Source of the DNA: Candidatus Limnocylindria bacterium
GTDB taxonomy: Bacteria; Chloroflexota; Limnocylindria; P2-11E
Direction of reading: 5' to 3'
NCBI GenBank assembly: GCA_038227105.1
Contig: JBBRQB010000004.1
Span: 1 to 63,375 of the forward strand
Length of the DNA: 63,375 nucleotides
Position 1 is the first letter of the stretch. Each line of letters starts with the position of its first letter. Below are positions 33,618-45,787 of the stretch, piece after piece. The position numbers and the translations under genes were made by a program. The notes beneath the pieces were generated by a model that did no database searches, was not told the DNA's origin, and was given only the letters and a program-made list of their open reading frames with translations.

Positions 33618-34936
33618 CGGGCGTCATCCAGGCGCGCGGCTGGGGGTGGCGGCACCCCGGCCGCGCCGCGTGGGCCGTGCGCGGGCTCGACTTCGAGATC
33701 AGGCGGGGCGAGTCCGTGCTCCTGGTGGGTCCGTCCGGCTCCGGCAAGAGCACCCTGCTGCTTGCGATCGCGGGTCTCCTGGACCGATCAGGCGGCGGCG
33801 AAGCTGAGGGCGAGCTACGTGTGACCGGGCGCACCGGCAGCGTGTTCCAGGATCCTGAGACGCAGATCGTGATGGCCCGCTGCGGCGACGACGTCGCGTT
33901 CGGTCTCGAGAACCACTGCGTTTCCACGGCGATGATCTGGCCGCGCGTGGATGCGGCGCTCGGAGGCATTGGCTTCCCCTATCCGCGCGACCACCCGACC
34001 GCTGCGCTCTCCGGTGGTGAGAAGCAGCGGCTCGCGTTCGCCGGCGCCGGGGTGCTCGAGCCCGACATCCTCCTTCTCGACGAGCCCGCGGCGAACCTCG
34101 ATGCGGACGGCGCGCGCCTCGTGCGCGCGCTCATCGCGCGAACGCGCTCGTCCGGTCGGACGGTCGTCCTGGTCGATCACGACCTCGACGCGTCGCGGCC
34201 GCTCGTCGATCGCGTCATCGAGCTCGCGCCGGTCGGTCATCTCGACCTGCCGCCGCGCGGCGTGCAACGGAAGGCTGCGGCGGTCCTGGCCGCCGCCGAC
34301 CGAGTGGCGTTCCGCTACCCGGGCGCGGACACCTGGGCGGTCGACGGCGCAGACGTGCGCGTCCATGCGGGTGAGGCCGTCGCGCTCACCGGTCCCAACG
34401 GCTCCGGCAAGTCGACGCTGGCGCTGCTTCTCGCTGGTCTGCTCCGGCCCGCGCGCGGTCGGGCGACCGACGGAAGCGGGAACGACACGTGGCGCCTGAA
34501 GGCCCGCGATCTCGTGCGCACCATCGGCACGGTCTTCCAGGATCCGGAGCATCAGTTCGTCCGCGGCCGCGTCGACGACGAGCTCGCGGTCGGACCACTG
34601 GTCATGGGCACGACGGTCGAGGCGACCCGCGTCCGGGTGGCCGAGCTGCTCGCGCGGCTGCGCCTGGCGACGATCGCCGCAGCCAATCCATTCACGCTCT
34701 CGGGCGGCGAGAAGCGGCGACTCTCCGTCGGGACGGCGCTCGCGACCGATCCGCCACTCCTCGTCCTCGACGAGCCGACGTTCGGCCAGGACCGCGTGAC
34801 CTATGCGGAGCTGGTGGGGCTCCTTCGCGACGCTCGCGACGAGGGTCGCGGGATCCTCTTCGCCACGCACGACCGCGATCTCGTGAGCGCCCTCGCCGAC
34901 CGCGAGGTCCGGCTCGTCGCGGGCCGCCTCGCGTGA
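33614..34936 (+). CDS. ykoD: ECF transporter duplicated ATPase
   Basis: Two ABC domains (GPSGSGKS and GPNGSGKS; LSGGEKQR and LSGGEKRR). Start is possibly CTG 33614, otherwise GTG 33677. Confidence 0.88.
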   Translation: MTGVIQARGWGWRHPGRAAWAVRGLDFEIRRGESVLLVGPSGSGKSTLLLAIAGLLDRSGGGEAEGELRVTGRTGSVFQDPETQIVMARCGDDVAFGLENHCVSTAMIWPRVDAALGGIGFPYPRDHPTAALSGGEKQRLAFAGAGVLEPDILLLDEPAANLDADGARLVRALIARTRSSGRTVVLVDHDLDASRPLVDRVIELAPVGHLDLPPRGVQRKAAAVLAAADRVAFRYPGADTWAVDGADVRVHAGEAVALTGPNGSGKSTLALLLAGLLRPARGRATDGSGNDTWRLKARDLVRTIGTVFQDPEHQFVRGRVDDELAVGPLVMGTTVEATRVRVAELLARLRLATIAAANPFTLSGGEKRRLSVGTALATDPPLLVLDEPTFGQDRVTYAELVGLLRDARDEGRGILFATHDRDLVSALADREVRLVAGRLA

Positions 34937-35688
34937 TGCTGCTCACGCCGTTGCGGGCCGATCCGCGCGCGCCGCTTGCGCGGGCGAATCCGCTTGCGAA
35001 GCTCGGCGCCGCCGCGATCTTCATGCTCGTGCTCTTCCTCTCCGTCGATCTCCTCACGCCCGTGCTGCTGCTCACCGCCACCGCCGCTGCGATCCCGCTT
35101 TCCGGCATCCCGCTGCGCGCGCTCCTCACGCGGACGTGGCCCATCGCCGTCACCGCGCTCGGCGCTTCCGCGATCAACGGTCTCTTCGGGACCGGCGGGC
35201 CGTCGCTCGTCGCCGGCGTCGCGATCGGCCTCCGGCTTGTGGCGATCGCGATCGCCGGCGTCGTCGCGTTCATCACGATCGACCCGACCGATCTCGCCGA
35301 CAGCCTCATGCAGCACCTGCGCGCACCGCCGAGGTTCGCCGTGGGCGCACTCGCCGCATTCCGGCTCCTTCCGATCTTCACGGCCGAATGGGAGACGATC
35401 GGGATGGCTCGACGCGCGAGAGGCATCGACGACCGCGGCTGGCTGCGCGGGATCGGCTCATTCCGCGCCAGATCGTTCGCGCTGCTCGTGGCCGCGATCC
35501 GGCGCGGCGTTCGACTCGCTCTGGCAATGGATGCCCGCGGCTTTGCCGATATGACCTGTCGCTCGATCGCCCGACCGCAGCCCTTCACGGATCGGGATCG
35601 GGCTCTGCTCGCCTCGGCGCTTGTGATCGCGGTGGGCGCGGTGCTGCTGGGGATCGAGCTAGGGACCTGGCGCAGCTTGCTCCGCTAG
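34933..35688 (+). CDS. ykoC: ECF transporter T component
   Basis: NP-x-x-KL, ARRARG and AMDARGF motifs. Confidence 0.88.
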   Translation: MMLLTPLRADPRAPLARANPLAKLGAAAIFMLVLFLSVDLLTPVLLLTATAAAIPLSGIPLRALLTRTWPIAVTALGASAINGLFGTGGPSLVAGVAIGLRLVAIAIAGVVAFITIDPTDLADSLMQHLRAPPRFAVGALAAFRLLPIFTAEWETIGMARRARGIDDRGWLRGIGSFRARSFALLVAAIRRGVRLALAMDARGFADMTCRSIARPQPFTDRDRALLASALVIAVGAVLLGIELGTWRSLLR

Positions 35689-35709
35689 GAGGAGGCGTTG
35701 GCGGCCGTC

Positions 35710-36066
35710 TCACCGAAGCGTGAGCAGGTACTGCACCAGATCGTCGAAGTCCGCTTGGGTCATACCGCGCTCGAGGCCACGCGACATCGTGTCCGGATAG
35801 CCCGGCACGATGTACGCGCCGGGCTCGCGGATCGATTCGGCGAGATAGTCGGCGGCCGACGCGCCCGGCTTTCGGGTCTCGGCGACGATCCCGACGTGCG
35901 TAAGGTCCGGCCCGATCGTGCCGCCAGAGTCGCCGACGCGGTGACAGCTCCCGCAGTTCCGCTCCTGGAACACCTGCCTACCGCGCTGGATCGGATCGGT
36001 AACCTTCGGCTCAGCGCAGGCGCCGATGAGGAGCACCGAGAGCGCAAGGGCGAAAAGCCGCATCAT
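35710..36066 (-). CDS. Lipoprotein monoheme cytochrome c
   Basis: Lipobox IGAC, CGSCH, GPDLT, YL-x-ESI-x-x-P...GYPDTM. Confidence 0.9.
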   Translation of the reverse strand: MMRLFALALSVLLIGACAEPKVTDPIQRGRQVFQERNCGSCHRVGDSGGTIGPDLTHVGIVAETRKPGASAADYLAESIREPGAYIVPGYPDTMSRGLERGMTQADFDDLVQYLLTLR

Positions 36067-36072
36067 CCGCGG

Positions 36073-36650
<578 letters not shown>

Positions 36651-36654
<4 letters not shown>

Positions 36655-37316
36655 CCCTCACGCGGATCTGGCGCATCGCCGCCCGCGAGACGCTCGCCGA
36701 GCGCGGGCAGCCGGACGGACTCGTCGCCGCGGTCACGTTCGTGGCGACGCTCATCCTCGTCGAGAGCCTGGCCGTCGGACCACTCGCCGCCGGTCAGCCA
36801 CCGGTCGCCTCGGCGCTGTTCTGGATCGCGATGGCGTTCGCGGCGATCCTCGCCACGACGCGCTCGTTCGATCGCGAGCTCGAGGACGACGCGATCGACG
36901 CGGTGCTGGCGCTCCCCGGTGGCCGCGACGCGCTCTACGGGGGGAAGGTGCTCGCTCTGATGGCGCTCCTTGCGTTCGTCGCACTCATCGGCGGCCTGCT
37001 GTCGCTCGTGCTGCTGTCGCTCGCGATCGCGCTGCCCTTCCACCTGGTGTTCGTGATCGTGGCGGGCGTGCTCGGCCTCCCGCCGGTCGTCGTGCTGTTC
37101 GTCACGCTCTCGCTGCGTCTCCGCGCGCGCGGCGCGCTCGTCCCGATCCTTGCCCTGCCGGTCCTCGTGCCGCACCTCGTCGCGGCCACGAACGGTACCG
37201 CCGCGGCGATCACCGGCGACGCGTCCGGTGCCCTTGGCTGGGGCGGATTGCTCGTCGCGTTCGCGTTGGTGTATTCGGTGCTCGGCCTTACCATCGTCCC
37301 TACAGCACTCGAATGA
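36651..37316 (+). CDS. ccmB: Heme exporter protein CcmB
   Basis: Six TM helices, F-x-RE-x-EDD, GK, L-x-PILALP-x-x-VP. Confidence 0.88.
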
Positions 37317-38014
37317 TCAAGAGCATCGCGACACCCACGAGCACGGTCCGCGCGCGTCCCATCCTGGGAGCGGCGAGCATCGTCGCGCTCTTCGTGGCCC
37401 TCTGGATGGCGCTCATCTGGTCACCCCCCGATGCGGCGATGGGGAGCGTCGTGCGCATCCTGTACGTGCACGTCGCGAACGCCTGGCTCGCCTATCTCGC
37501 GTTCGTGGTCGTCTTCCTGGCGAGCATCGCGTACCTCTGGACCAAACGGACGGTGTTCGACGCGATCGCCGTGGCCTCAGCCGAGATCGGCGTTCTCTTC
37601 ACCGGCCTCACGCTCATCCTCGGCTCGATCTGGGCCCGTCCGACGTGGGGCGTGTGGTGGAGCTGGGAGCCGCGGGTCGTGACGACCGCGGTGATGTTCG
37701 CGATGTACGTGGGCTATCTCCTGCTCCGAAACCTCTCCGACGATCTGGAGCGGCGCGCGACGCGGGCCGCCGTGCTCGGCATCGTCCTCGTGGTCGACGT
37801 GCCCATCGTGCACCTCTCGGTCACGTGGATGAACGCACTCCATCAGCTGCCGACGGTCCTTCGTCCTGATCTGTCGCCGACCCTCGACCCACGCATGCTC
37901 GCGTCGTTGATCGCCATGACGATCGCGTTCACGATCGTCTACGCGTATCTGATGGTCGCGCGCGTCGAGATCGAGCGCCGGCGCCAGGCTCGGATCATCG
38001 AGGCACGCGGATGA
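37313..38014 (+). CDS. ccmC: Heme exporter/heme-transfer protein CcmC
   Basis: YVHV, WARPTWGVWWSWEPR (WWD motif), H-x-SV-x-W-x-x-x-LHQ. Confidence 0.95.
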   Translation: MIKSIATPTSTVRARPILGAASIVALFVALWMALIWSPPDAAMGSVVRILYVHVANAWLAYLAFVVVFLASIAYLWTKRTVFDAIAVASAEIGVLFTGLTLILGSIWARPTWGVWWSWEPRVVTTAVMFAMYVGYLLLRNLSDDLERRATRAAVLGIVLVVDVPIVHLSVTWMNALHQLPTVLRPDLSPTLDPRMLASLIAMTIAFTIVYAYLMVARVEIERRRQARIIEARG

Positions 38015-38118
38015 ACATCGACAACTTCGGATTCATCGCCGCCGGCTACATCGTCTGCTTCGGGGCGCTCGCGCTGTACCTGGCATCGCTCCGGTACCGC
38101 CGCCGTGACGGTGAGTGA
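38011..38118 (+). CDS. ccmD: CcmD-like small membrane protein (35 aa, below the ORF-track cutoff)
   Basis: MNIDNFGFIAAGYIVCFGALALYLASLRYRRRDGE; ATGA and GTGA overlaps with ccmC and ccmE; canonical operon position. Confidence 0.8.
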   Translation: MNIDNFGFIAAGYIVCFGALALYLASLRYRRRDGE

Positions 38119-38551
38119 GCGCGGGTAGCCGGATCGGCGGACGCCGCGTGCTCATCATCGCCGCGCTCGCGATCGCCGTGGTCATCGGGTATGTCGCGAC
38201 GCAATCCCTCCAGTCGTCGGCGGTCTACTACCTCACCCCGACGGAGGCGCGGAGCCGCTCCATCAACGTCGGCCAGGCCGCGCGTGTCGGCGGCCAGGTC
38301 CTTGCCGGCACGCTGGTGTACGAGCCCGCGACACGGGCGCTCACGTTCACCCTTTCCGACGGCCTGACGAAGCTCCGCGTGGTCGGGAACGGGGCGCCGC
38401 CGGGACTCCTCCGGGAGGGGGCGGGTGCGGTGGTCGAGGGCAGCTTCGCGGCCGACGGAACGTTCCGCGCGACGCAGGTCATCGCCAAGCACGACGAGGT
38501 CTATGCCGCGCCGACGGGCTCTGCCGTCCCGACCCACCAGACACCGGCGCC

Positions 38552-38555
<4 letters not shown>
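38115..38555 (+). CDS. ccmE: Heme chaperone CcmE
   Basis: YYLTP, RVGG-x-V, P-x-LLREG-x-G-x-VVEG, AKHDEVY (HxxxY). Confidence 0.95.
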
Positions 38556-40560
<2,005 letters not shown>

Positions 40561-40564
<4 letters not shown>

Positions 40565-41094
40565 AGCGCATCGCGCGGTACACCGCGGTCGCGCTCATTC
40601 TCGGGCTCGCCGTCGTGCTGACGCTCGCATTCCGTCGCGACCCGCACGACATCCGCACCGGCACGGTGGGCCAGCCGGCGCCGGCGTTCACCCTCGCGGA
40701 CCTCTCGGGCAACGGCTCGATCACGCTCGACCGCTACAAGGGCAAAGTCGTCGTCCTCAATTTCTGGGCATCGTGGTGCATCCCGTGCAAGGAGGAGAAC
40801 CCGGCGCTGACCGACGTCTGGGAGCGTTACCGCGGCACGGACGTCGTCCTCCTCGGGATCGTCTTTCAGGACTCGACGGCGGCGGCCCGCGAGTACACCG
40901 CGCGGCTCGGCAACACCTGGTCGAGCGCGGTCGATGACGCGGGCCAGGTGGCGCTGAGCTACGGGGTCTTCGGTCCGCCGGAGACGTACTTCATCGGTGC
41001 TGACGGCGTGATCGCCGGCCGCCACATCGGGCCGATCGACTCGGCGACGCTCATCAAGGGGATCGAAACGCTGCGGCGGGCGGTGAAGAAGTGA
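40561..41094 (+). CDS. ccmG: TlpA/CcmG thiol:disulfide oxidoreductase
   Basis: VVLNFWASWCIPC, YGV-x-GPPETYFI; N-terminal anchor. Confidence 0.9.
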
Positions 41095-41549
41095 CACCTG
41101 GCCGCTGGCTCATCGTCGTCGCCGTCCTCGCGACCGGCCTGGCGATCGCCTGGAGCGCGCGGCCGCAGCCGCTCACGGACGCGCAGCGCGTCGATCGCAT
41201 CGCCGCAGAGCTGCGCTGCCCGGTCTGCCAGGGGCTGTCGGTGCAGGACTCACCGTCCGAGACCGCGCGCGCGATGAAGGATCTGGTGGCGAAGCGCGTG
41301 GCCGAGGGCCGCACGGACGACGAGATCCGCGCCGACTTCCAGCGCAGCTACGGCGACTGGATCCTCCTCTCGCCGCCGCTGCTATCGCTGAGCGGTCTGG
41401 TCTGGCTCGCGCCGCTCGCCGCGCTCATTGCGGGCGTATTCCTGGCGCTCGGACGCGCGAGAGCACCGGCCGCCGCCGACGGGCCTGCCCCAACGCCCGA
41501 GCAGCGTGTCCAGCTAGCCGACATGCTCGCGGAAGAAGAACCGCAATAG
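41091..41549 (+). CDS. ccmH: Cytochrome c biogenesis protein CcmH
   Basis: LRCPVCQGLSV-x-DS, YG-x-x-IL-x-x-P. Confidence 0.93.
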   Translation: MTPGRWLIVVAVLATGLAIAWSARPQPLTDAQRVDRIAAELRCPVCQGLSVQDSPSETARAMKDLVAKRVAEGRTDDEIRADFQRSYGDWILLSPPLLSLSGLVWLAPLAALIAGVFLALGRARAPAAADGPAPTPEQRVQLADMLAEEEPQ

Positions 41550-41563
41550 AAGGCACGGCGGTC

Positions 41564-42361
41564 GTGTTCGGTGTGACCATCGCGGCGGGTGCGCTCGCGG
41601 CTTTCTGGCCGTGGCTCGCGCCGAAGACGCGCCTCTGGCCGGCGGAAGGGGCGACCGCCGGCGACGACGTCGCGCGTGCGGTGTCATCGCTGCGCGATCT
41701 CCAGTTCGCGGAGGCCGCGGGCACGATCGATCAGACCGACGCGACGCGGCTGCGCGGCGTGCTGGAGCGGAGCGCCTTCCAGCCGGAGCGGGCGGCTGGA
41801 GCGATCGGCCGCGCGCCGCTCCGGACGCTCGCGATCGCGGCGCTCCTGTTCGGCATCGCCGCGGCGCTCGTCGCGCAAAGCCTGCCGCAGGCCGCGGGCG
41901 ACCGAGCGCCCGGCGAGCCGGTCACGGGCACCGTGCCCGCCGCCGGCCCGAGCACCGCCGACCTGGAGGCGCGCGTGAAGGCAGCGCCGACCGACGTCCC
42001 GACGCAGCTCGCGCTCGCTGAGTCGTACCGGCAGGATGGCCGCGCGACCGATGCGGTCGCGACCTATCGCACGGTGCTCGGCATCGACCCGAGTAGCGTG
42101 CCGGCGCTGAACGGCCTGGCGTTGATCCTGACGCAAGCGGGACAGCCGGACGCGGCGATGATCGCGGTCGATCGGGTGCTGGCACTGCGGCCGAAGGATC
42201 CGGACGGGCTCTTCCTGAAGGGGCTCCTTCTCTACAAGAAGGAGCAGTGGTCAGCCGCGGTCGACGTCTGGGCGATCTACCTGGATGTCGGCGAGTTCCA
42301 TCCAGCCGCGCCGATGGTGCGGCCGCTCTACGAAGACGCGAAGCGGAAGGCCGGCCGGTAG
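41564..42361 (+). CDS. ccmI: CcmI/CycH-like TPR protein
   Basis: Two TM segments with L-x-DL...G-x-I, then TPR repeats; last gene of the ccm operon. Confidence 0.78.
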   Translation: MFGVTIAAGALAAFWPWLAPKTRLWPAEGATAGDDVARAVSSLRDLQFAEAAGTIDQTDATRLRGVLERSAFQPERAAGAIGRAPLRTLAIAALLFGIAAALVAQSLPQAAGDRAPGEPVTGTVPAAGPSTADLEARVKAAPTDVPTQLALAESYRQDGRATDAVATYRTVLGIDPSSVPALNGLALILTQAGQPDAAMIAVDRVLALRPKDPDGLFLKGLLLYKKEQWSAAVDVWAIYLDVGEFHPAAPMVRPLYEDAKRKAGR

Positions 42362-42395
42362 ATCCGGCGCAAGCGATCGTGTCCGACTGACGAGC

Positions 42396-43523
42396 TCAGC
42401 GCGCCTCATGATCCGCCGCCATGAGCGGCATGGAAAAGCAGAACACCGTCCCGCGCGGTCCACTCGACTCGAGAGCGAGCTCGCCGCCGAGCAGCCGCGC
42501 GATCTCGCGGCCCACGAAGAGACCAAGGCCGGTCCCCGGCTTCGATCTCGCCGCGCTCGTGCGGTAGAACCGCTCGAACAGGCGTCCGCGTTCCGCCTCA
42601 GGGATACCTTGCCCGTGGTCCCGCACGCGCACAACGGCTCGGCGGTCCTCGACGCTCAACGAAACGACGACATCGCCGCCGCCACCGTGACGTATCGCGT
42701 TCACGATCAGGTTGTCGAGCAGCTGCTCGAGCCGGCGACGATCGGCGCTGACCACGGCGACCTCATCCGGGAGCTCCACGCGCAACAACCGGTCTCCGGC
42801 GGTCGGACGCAGGGCCGCGACGCACGCACCCACCACTTCGGCGGGGTCGATCGGCGTGAGCACGACATCGAACTGCCCGAGGTCGATGCGCGCGGCATCG
42901 AGCAGATCGTCGATCAACGCAGCCATGCGGCTCGTCAGCTCGTCGCAGCGCTCCAGCGTGGATCCCACCAGGTCCCATTGGGCACGTCCGTGGAATCGCT
43001 GGGCGAGCTGCACCATGCCCCGGATGGCGGTCAGCGGCGTCTTCAGCTCGTGGCTCGCGGCCCCGAAGAACGCCGTCCGTTCCCGCTCGGCGTTTTCCAG
43101 CGCTGTCACGTCTTCGTACGCCGCGATCGCCCCAGCCACCGCACCGCTCGCGTCACGGATCGGCGCGCTGTTCGTCAAGAGGTCGTACTGCCGCCCATCC
43201 GGTCGCGCATAGCGGACCAGTTCTCCACGGACCTCTTCCCCGCGCAATGAGCGGGCGATCGGCACGTCGGCCAGGTCGTAGGGCGAGCCATCGGCTCGGC
43301 GAAGGGTGCCTTGGAGCTGCCCGGACAGGCCCGGTGCCGGCTGATCCCCGCGTTGGAACAGGTCACGCGTCATTCGGTTCTCGAGCGTGACCTTGCCGAG
43401 GCGATCCATCATCACGACGCCGACGGGCAATACGTCAACAAGCTGCGCCAGGCGGTCGCGCTCCGCCACGAGTGCGGCATTGAGCGCGCCGACGTCGGTC
43501 GGGTCAGGGTTGGTCACCGCCAT
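42396..43523 (-). CDS. Cytoplasmic PAS sensor histidine kinase
   Basis: PAS (LPVGVVMMD...NSAPIRD), SHELKTPL, NLIVNAIRH, DHGQGI, GTGLGL. Confidence 0.92.
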   Translation of the reverse strand: MAVTNPDPTDVGALNAALVAERDRLAQLVDVLPVGVVMMDRLGKVTLENRMTRDLFQRGDQPAPGLSGQLQGTLRRADGSPYDLADVPIARSLRGEEVRGELVRYARPDGRQYDLLTNSAPIRDASGAVAGAIAAYEDVTALENAERERTAFFGAASHELKTPLTAIRGMVQLAQRFHGRAQWDLVGSTLERCDELTSRMAALIDDLLDAARIDLGQFDVVLTPIDPAEVVGACVAALRPTAGDRLLRVELPDEVAVVSADRRRLEQLLDNLIVNAIRHGGGGDVVVSLSVEDRRAVVRVRDHGQGIPEAERGRLFERFYRTSAARSKPGTGLGLFVGREIARLLGGELALESSGPRGTVFCFSMPLMAADHEAR

Positions 43524-43621
43524 CGCCGCCGCAGGCTACGTGTTCGAGGCCCAGGGTCGCAACTGGTGTCGGTCGCCGCAGGTGACGTGCGCGCCGAGAC
43601 GCACACGATGCCGCATGGCGC

Positions 43622-44599
43622 CTAGGGCTGCTCGCCGACCTCGCTGCGGATCGCCGCGACCGAGCCGTCGCGATAGAGGCTGACGAAGGCCGCGACGACA
43701 CCCGGATCGAAGTGCTTGCCCGAGTCGGCCTCGATCGCGGCGAGCCCGCGCTCGGTGCTCCAGGCCTCCTTGTACGGGCGCTTCGAGGTGAGCGCGTCGA
43801 ACACGTCGGCGACCGCGACGATGCGCGCCGCGAGCGAGATCTCCTCGCCCTTCTTGCGGTCGGGGTAGCCAGTGCCATCCCAGCGCTCGTGGTGCTCGCG
43901 CGCGACGAGGCGCCCGGTGGCGAAGAACAGCGCATCCCCGAGCATGACCTCGCCGTCGATGCAGTGCTGCTTGATGGTCTCGAACTGGTCGACCGAGAGC
44001 TCGTGCGGCGCGCCGAGGATGTCGTCCGGCGTCTGGATCTTGCCCACGTCGTGCAGCACGCTCGAGTAGCCGTACTCCTCGATGGTCGCGGGCGGTAGCC
44101 CGAGCTTCGCGCAGATGGACTCGACGTACTTACGGACGCGCACGAGGTGCTGGCCGGTGGTCATGTCCTTGAGCGTCACCGCCATGAGGATGTGGCTCAC
44201 GCCCTGGAGGCCGGTGCGGCGCATCTCGACGTTCGCATTCTGCTCGGCGACGAGCGCACGCTCGAGCTCACGGCGCCGCTCGCGCTCGAGGCGCAGGAGC
44301 GTCGCGAGATCCTCGGCGTAGCGCGTGGCCTGGCGCTCGAGGAGCGCGAGCTCACCGAGCTTGGCGTCGAAGTCCTTGGCGAGGCGCTGCTCGCGGGCGT
44401 ATACGGCCGCGAAGTCTTGGGCCATGCGGAGCGCCTGCGAGTTCGCCTCCTCGGCGACGCGGATCGCCTGCTGGAGCAGCTGGCGGAAGACCTCCGGGGC
44501 CTTTGACTCCGTGTCGGTCGAGAGCGTCGGGCCGAGCTCGACCAGCTCGACGTTGCGGCCGAGGCCGGTGTGCAGGGCGGTGGTGCGCTCGGCCTCCAC
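43622..44599 (-). CDS. HD-GYP cyclic-dinucleotide phosphodiesterase with N-terminal coiled coil
   Basis: T-x-x-H, LHDVGK, HHERWDGTGYP, VADVFDALTSKRPYK all intact. Confidence 0.92.
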   Translation of the reverse strand: MEAERTTALHTGLGRNVELVELGPTLSTDTESKAPEVFRQLLQQAIRVAEEANSQALRMAQDFAAVYAREQRLAKDFDAKLGELALLERQATRYAEDLATLLRLERERRRELERALVAEQNANVEMRRTGLQGVSHILMAVTLKDMTTGQHLVRVRKYVESICAKLGLPPATIEEYGYSSVLHDVGKIQTPDDILGAPHELSVDQFETIKQHCIDGEVMLGDALFFATGRLVAREHHERWDGTGYPDRKKGEEISLAARIVAVADVFDALTSKRPYKEAWSTERGLAAIEADSGKHFDPGVVAAFVSLYRDGSVAAIRSEVGEQP

Positions 44600-44607
44600 G
44601 ACGGTCC

Positions 44608-44982
44608 CTATGTAGCCGGCGCGAGGATCGTGCGAATGGTGTCGATGAGCTCAAGCGGACCGAACGGCTTCGTGAGGTACTGCGCCGCGCCGGCCGCGAA
44701 GCCGACCGCGCGGTCGCTCTCACTATCGTGCGCGGTCAGCATCACGATCGGGATGTCCTTCGTCGCTTCGTCGCTCTTGAGCTCGCGACAGACGTCGAAT
44801 CCGTTCGGGCCGGTGCCCATGTCCACATCGAGCAGCATGAGGTCGGGCTTCTCGGAGCGGGCCATTTCGAGGGCCTTCGTCCCGTTCTCGGCCTCGACGA
44901 TGGTCCAGCCCTGCGTCGACAGGGTGATCCTGACCATCTGGCGGATCGGCACGAGATCGTCAGCGATGAGCAGCTTCGCCAT
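44608..44982 (-). CDS. Stand-alone response-regulator receiver domain
   Basis: LLIADD, LLDVDM, LTA, TKPF; AAGGAG SD and an upstream TACGAT -10. Confidence 0.93.
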   Translation of the reverse strand: MAKLLIADDLVPIRQMVRITLSTQGWTIVEAENGTKALEMARSEKPDLMLLDVDMGTGPNGFDVCRELKSDEATKDIPIVMLTAHDSESDRAVGFAAGAAQYLTKPFGPLELIDTIRTILAPAT

Positions 44983-45079
44983 GTCAGACTCCTTCAATCA
45001 CGTCATGCACTTCGTGCCGCTTGAACTGGAACGATGGCGGAATCGTAGGCGTGGCCCCTCCCCCGCCGGAGTGAACCGA

Positions 45080-45787
45080 TCAGACGGCCTCCCTTGGACG
45101 GGTTCCCGACCGGTCCCGGGTCCAAGCGTCGAGGGTGATGACCCCCAAACGGGCGGCTTCGGCGACCGCTTCGAGCCGGGAATGCGCCCCGAGCTTCCGG
45201 AGGATCGCCTGGACGTGCGCGCGGAGCGTGGCGCTCGAGATGCCGAGCTGGTCCGACGCCTGGGCTGTGGAGGACCCTTCGGCGAGGAGCTGGAGCACCT
45301 CGAGCTCGCGGGCCGTGAGGGGCTCGAGCGGCCGCGGACGCGACTCCCGCTCGAGGAGGAGCCGTTGGAGCTCACTCGGGGCGAAGAGGATCTCGCCGAG
45401 CGCGGCGGACCGCACGCCCTCGACGACCTCGTCGAACGGTCGGTCCTTCGTGAGATGCCCGACGGCACCCGAGCGCGCGACGTCGGAAAGGATCGACGCG
45501 GATTGGTCACCCGTCAGGATCAGGACGGAGGTATCGGGGAGCGTGGCGCGCACGGTGCGCGCGATGTCGGCGCCGGTGCCGTCCGGCAGGTGGTAGTCGG
45601 CGAGGACGACGTCCGGCCTGAGCTCGGTCATGCGGCGTACGCCAGTCGTGACGTCGTGGACGACGTCGACGACCTCGATCCCTGCCGCGGCGCGGAGCGC
45701 GACGCGCAGGAGCTCCGCGAACAGCCGCTCGTCGTCGACGATGAGCACCCTGATGGTGCCCGCACCTGTCTTCGTTTCTGTGGTCAT
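45080..45787 (-). CDS. NarL/LuxR-family DNA-binding response regulator
   Basis: IVDDE, LADYHLP, LT-x-RELEVL...H-x-x-x-ILRKLG-x-x-SR. Confidence 0.93.
   Translation of the reverse strand: MTTETKTGAGTIRVLIVDDERLFAELLRVALRAAAGIEVVDVVHDVTTGVRRMTELRPDVVLADYHLPDGTGADIARTVRATLPDTSVLILTGDQSASILSDVARSGAVGHLTKDRPFDEVVEGVRSAALGEILFAPSELQRLLLERESRPRPLEPLTARELEVLQLLAEGSSTAQASDQLGISSATLRAHVQAILRKLGAHSRLEAVAEAARLGVITLDAWTRDRSGTRPREAV

Noticed and set aside
41546-41563. ATA start for ccmI overlapping the ccmH stop (ATAG)
   Set aside because: An in-frame GTG at 41564 gives an adequate N-terminal TM segment; there is no independent evidence for ATA initiation.
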